Assembly (NCBI GenBank): GCA_964270895.1
Contig: OZ185440.1
DNA: 64,000 bases
Source: Podarcis filfolensis
Lineage: Eukaryota
Direction: 5' to 3' (one strand)
Made by a program: the position numbers and the translations under genes. Positions 63,278-64,000 of this stretch are shown in pieces (positions within the stretch are counted from its first letter, which is position 1; each line of letters starts with the position of its first letter). Under the pieces are notes generated by a model. That model was not told the DNA's origin and ran no database searches. It saw only the letters and a list, made by a program, of their open reading frames with translations.

Positions 63278-63592
63278 TCCAAACAAAATATTATTTAATA
63301 TTATTCCCAAAATATTATTTCCAAAAACATAACATGTTTTGCAATAAATGATCAGAAAATGTGCTGGCAAAATGTGGGAGAACACTTGCTTTAATGCAAC
63401 ATCATCTAACCTCCTCACAAACAAACCAGAATGAGTGGTTATTAAGTAGTCAACATTGTCTAATCACCCTGGAAACAAATCAGGATGAATGTTTAACAAG
63501 TCATTTGGAAGCACAGGAGGAAGCAAATATGACAATAGAGCCCTCTCAATCAAAGCAATGATCTAAAGGCACTGGACCATTTATTTATTTCT

Positions 63593-63608
63593 CTATATCT
63601 ATCTATCC

Positions 63609-63649
<41 letters not shown>

Positions 63650-63660
63650 CTATCCATCCA
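63593..63660. repeat. (TCTA)n microsatellite
   Basis: About 15 imperfect units. Confidence 0.97.
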
Positions 63661-64000
63661 TTTATATACCACCCTTAAACCTTTGGTTTACTTTTAAACC
63701 AATTTATTCTATTTATATTCCGCCTTTAAATCAGATGGTGTACAATGTAATATCTTAAAAAAATCCACTAAAATACACATAGAAATATAAAAATGACATC
63801 TATAGTATCTAAGAAGGCCTAGGAAGGCTTGGGTAAACAGATACGTATGTACTAGCTGATGAAAAGGTGGGTTCCAAAGGATGGGTGCTATAACAGAGAA
63901 AACTAGCCTCCACGTAGTCACAAGATGAAGCCATAGGGCTTCTTCAGATTACCACAGTCTGAGCAAGGTCTTATTGCCAGTCAGTTTGGTGTTAATTAAC

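Noticed and set aside
1-64000. CRISPR arrays, operons, intact transposase or RT genes, U12 introns
   Set aside because: Eukaryotic locus with no repeat-spacer arrays; all LINE pieces are short and disrupted; all inferred donors are U2-type GT.

Overview
Vertebrate genomic DNA from a squamate, most likely a lacertid lizard (inferred from the Sauria SINE type and MITE families). Three genes lie in tandem on the minus strand in the human gene order: the last coding exon and putative long 3'UTR of ST3GAL3 (62302-62213), the complete ARTN (artemin) CDS in three coding exons (38823-37034, 234 aa) with a CpG-island 5' region at about 42.8-44.0 kb, and IPO13 (importin-13) coding exons 1-15 (32629-188, 796 codons; the rest lies left of the window). 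All inferred introns are GT-AG and the reading phases join correctly. Introns and intergenic DNA hold many TEs (hAT, Tc1/pogo and Harbinger-like MITEs, Sauria, MIR-like and tRNA-headed SINEs, CR1, L2 and L1 fragments, a probable solo LTR) and microsatellites. I found no convincing wholly new gene or system. The best leads are regulatory: (i) a fold-back hAT MITE family carrying an 18/19 match to the ZNF143/THAP11-type motif of the IPO13 promoter; (ii) a candidate 47-nt ARTN exon whose AUG opens a 104-codon out-of-frame ORF over the ARTN pre-pro region; (iii) two uORFs in the IPO13 leader; (iv) a recent local duplication with two microhomology-bounded deletions. Family names and human comparisons come from recalled sequences, not database searches.
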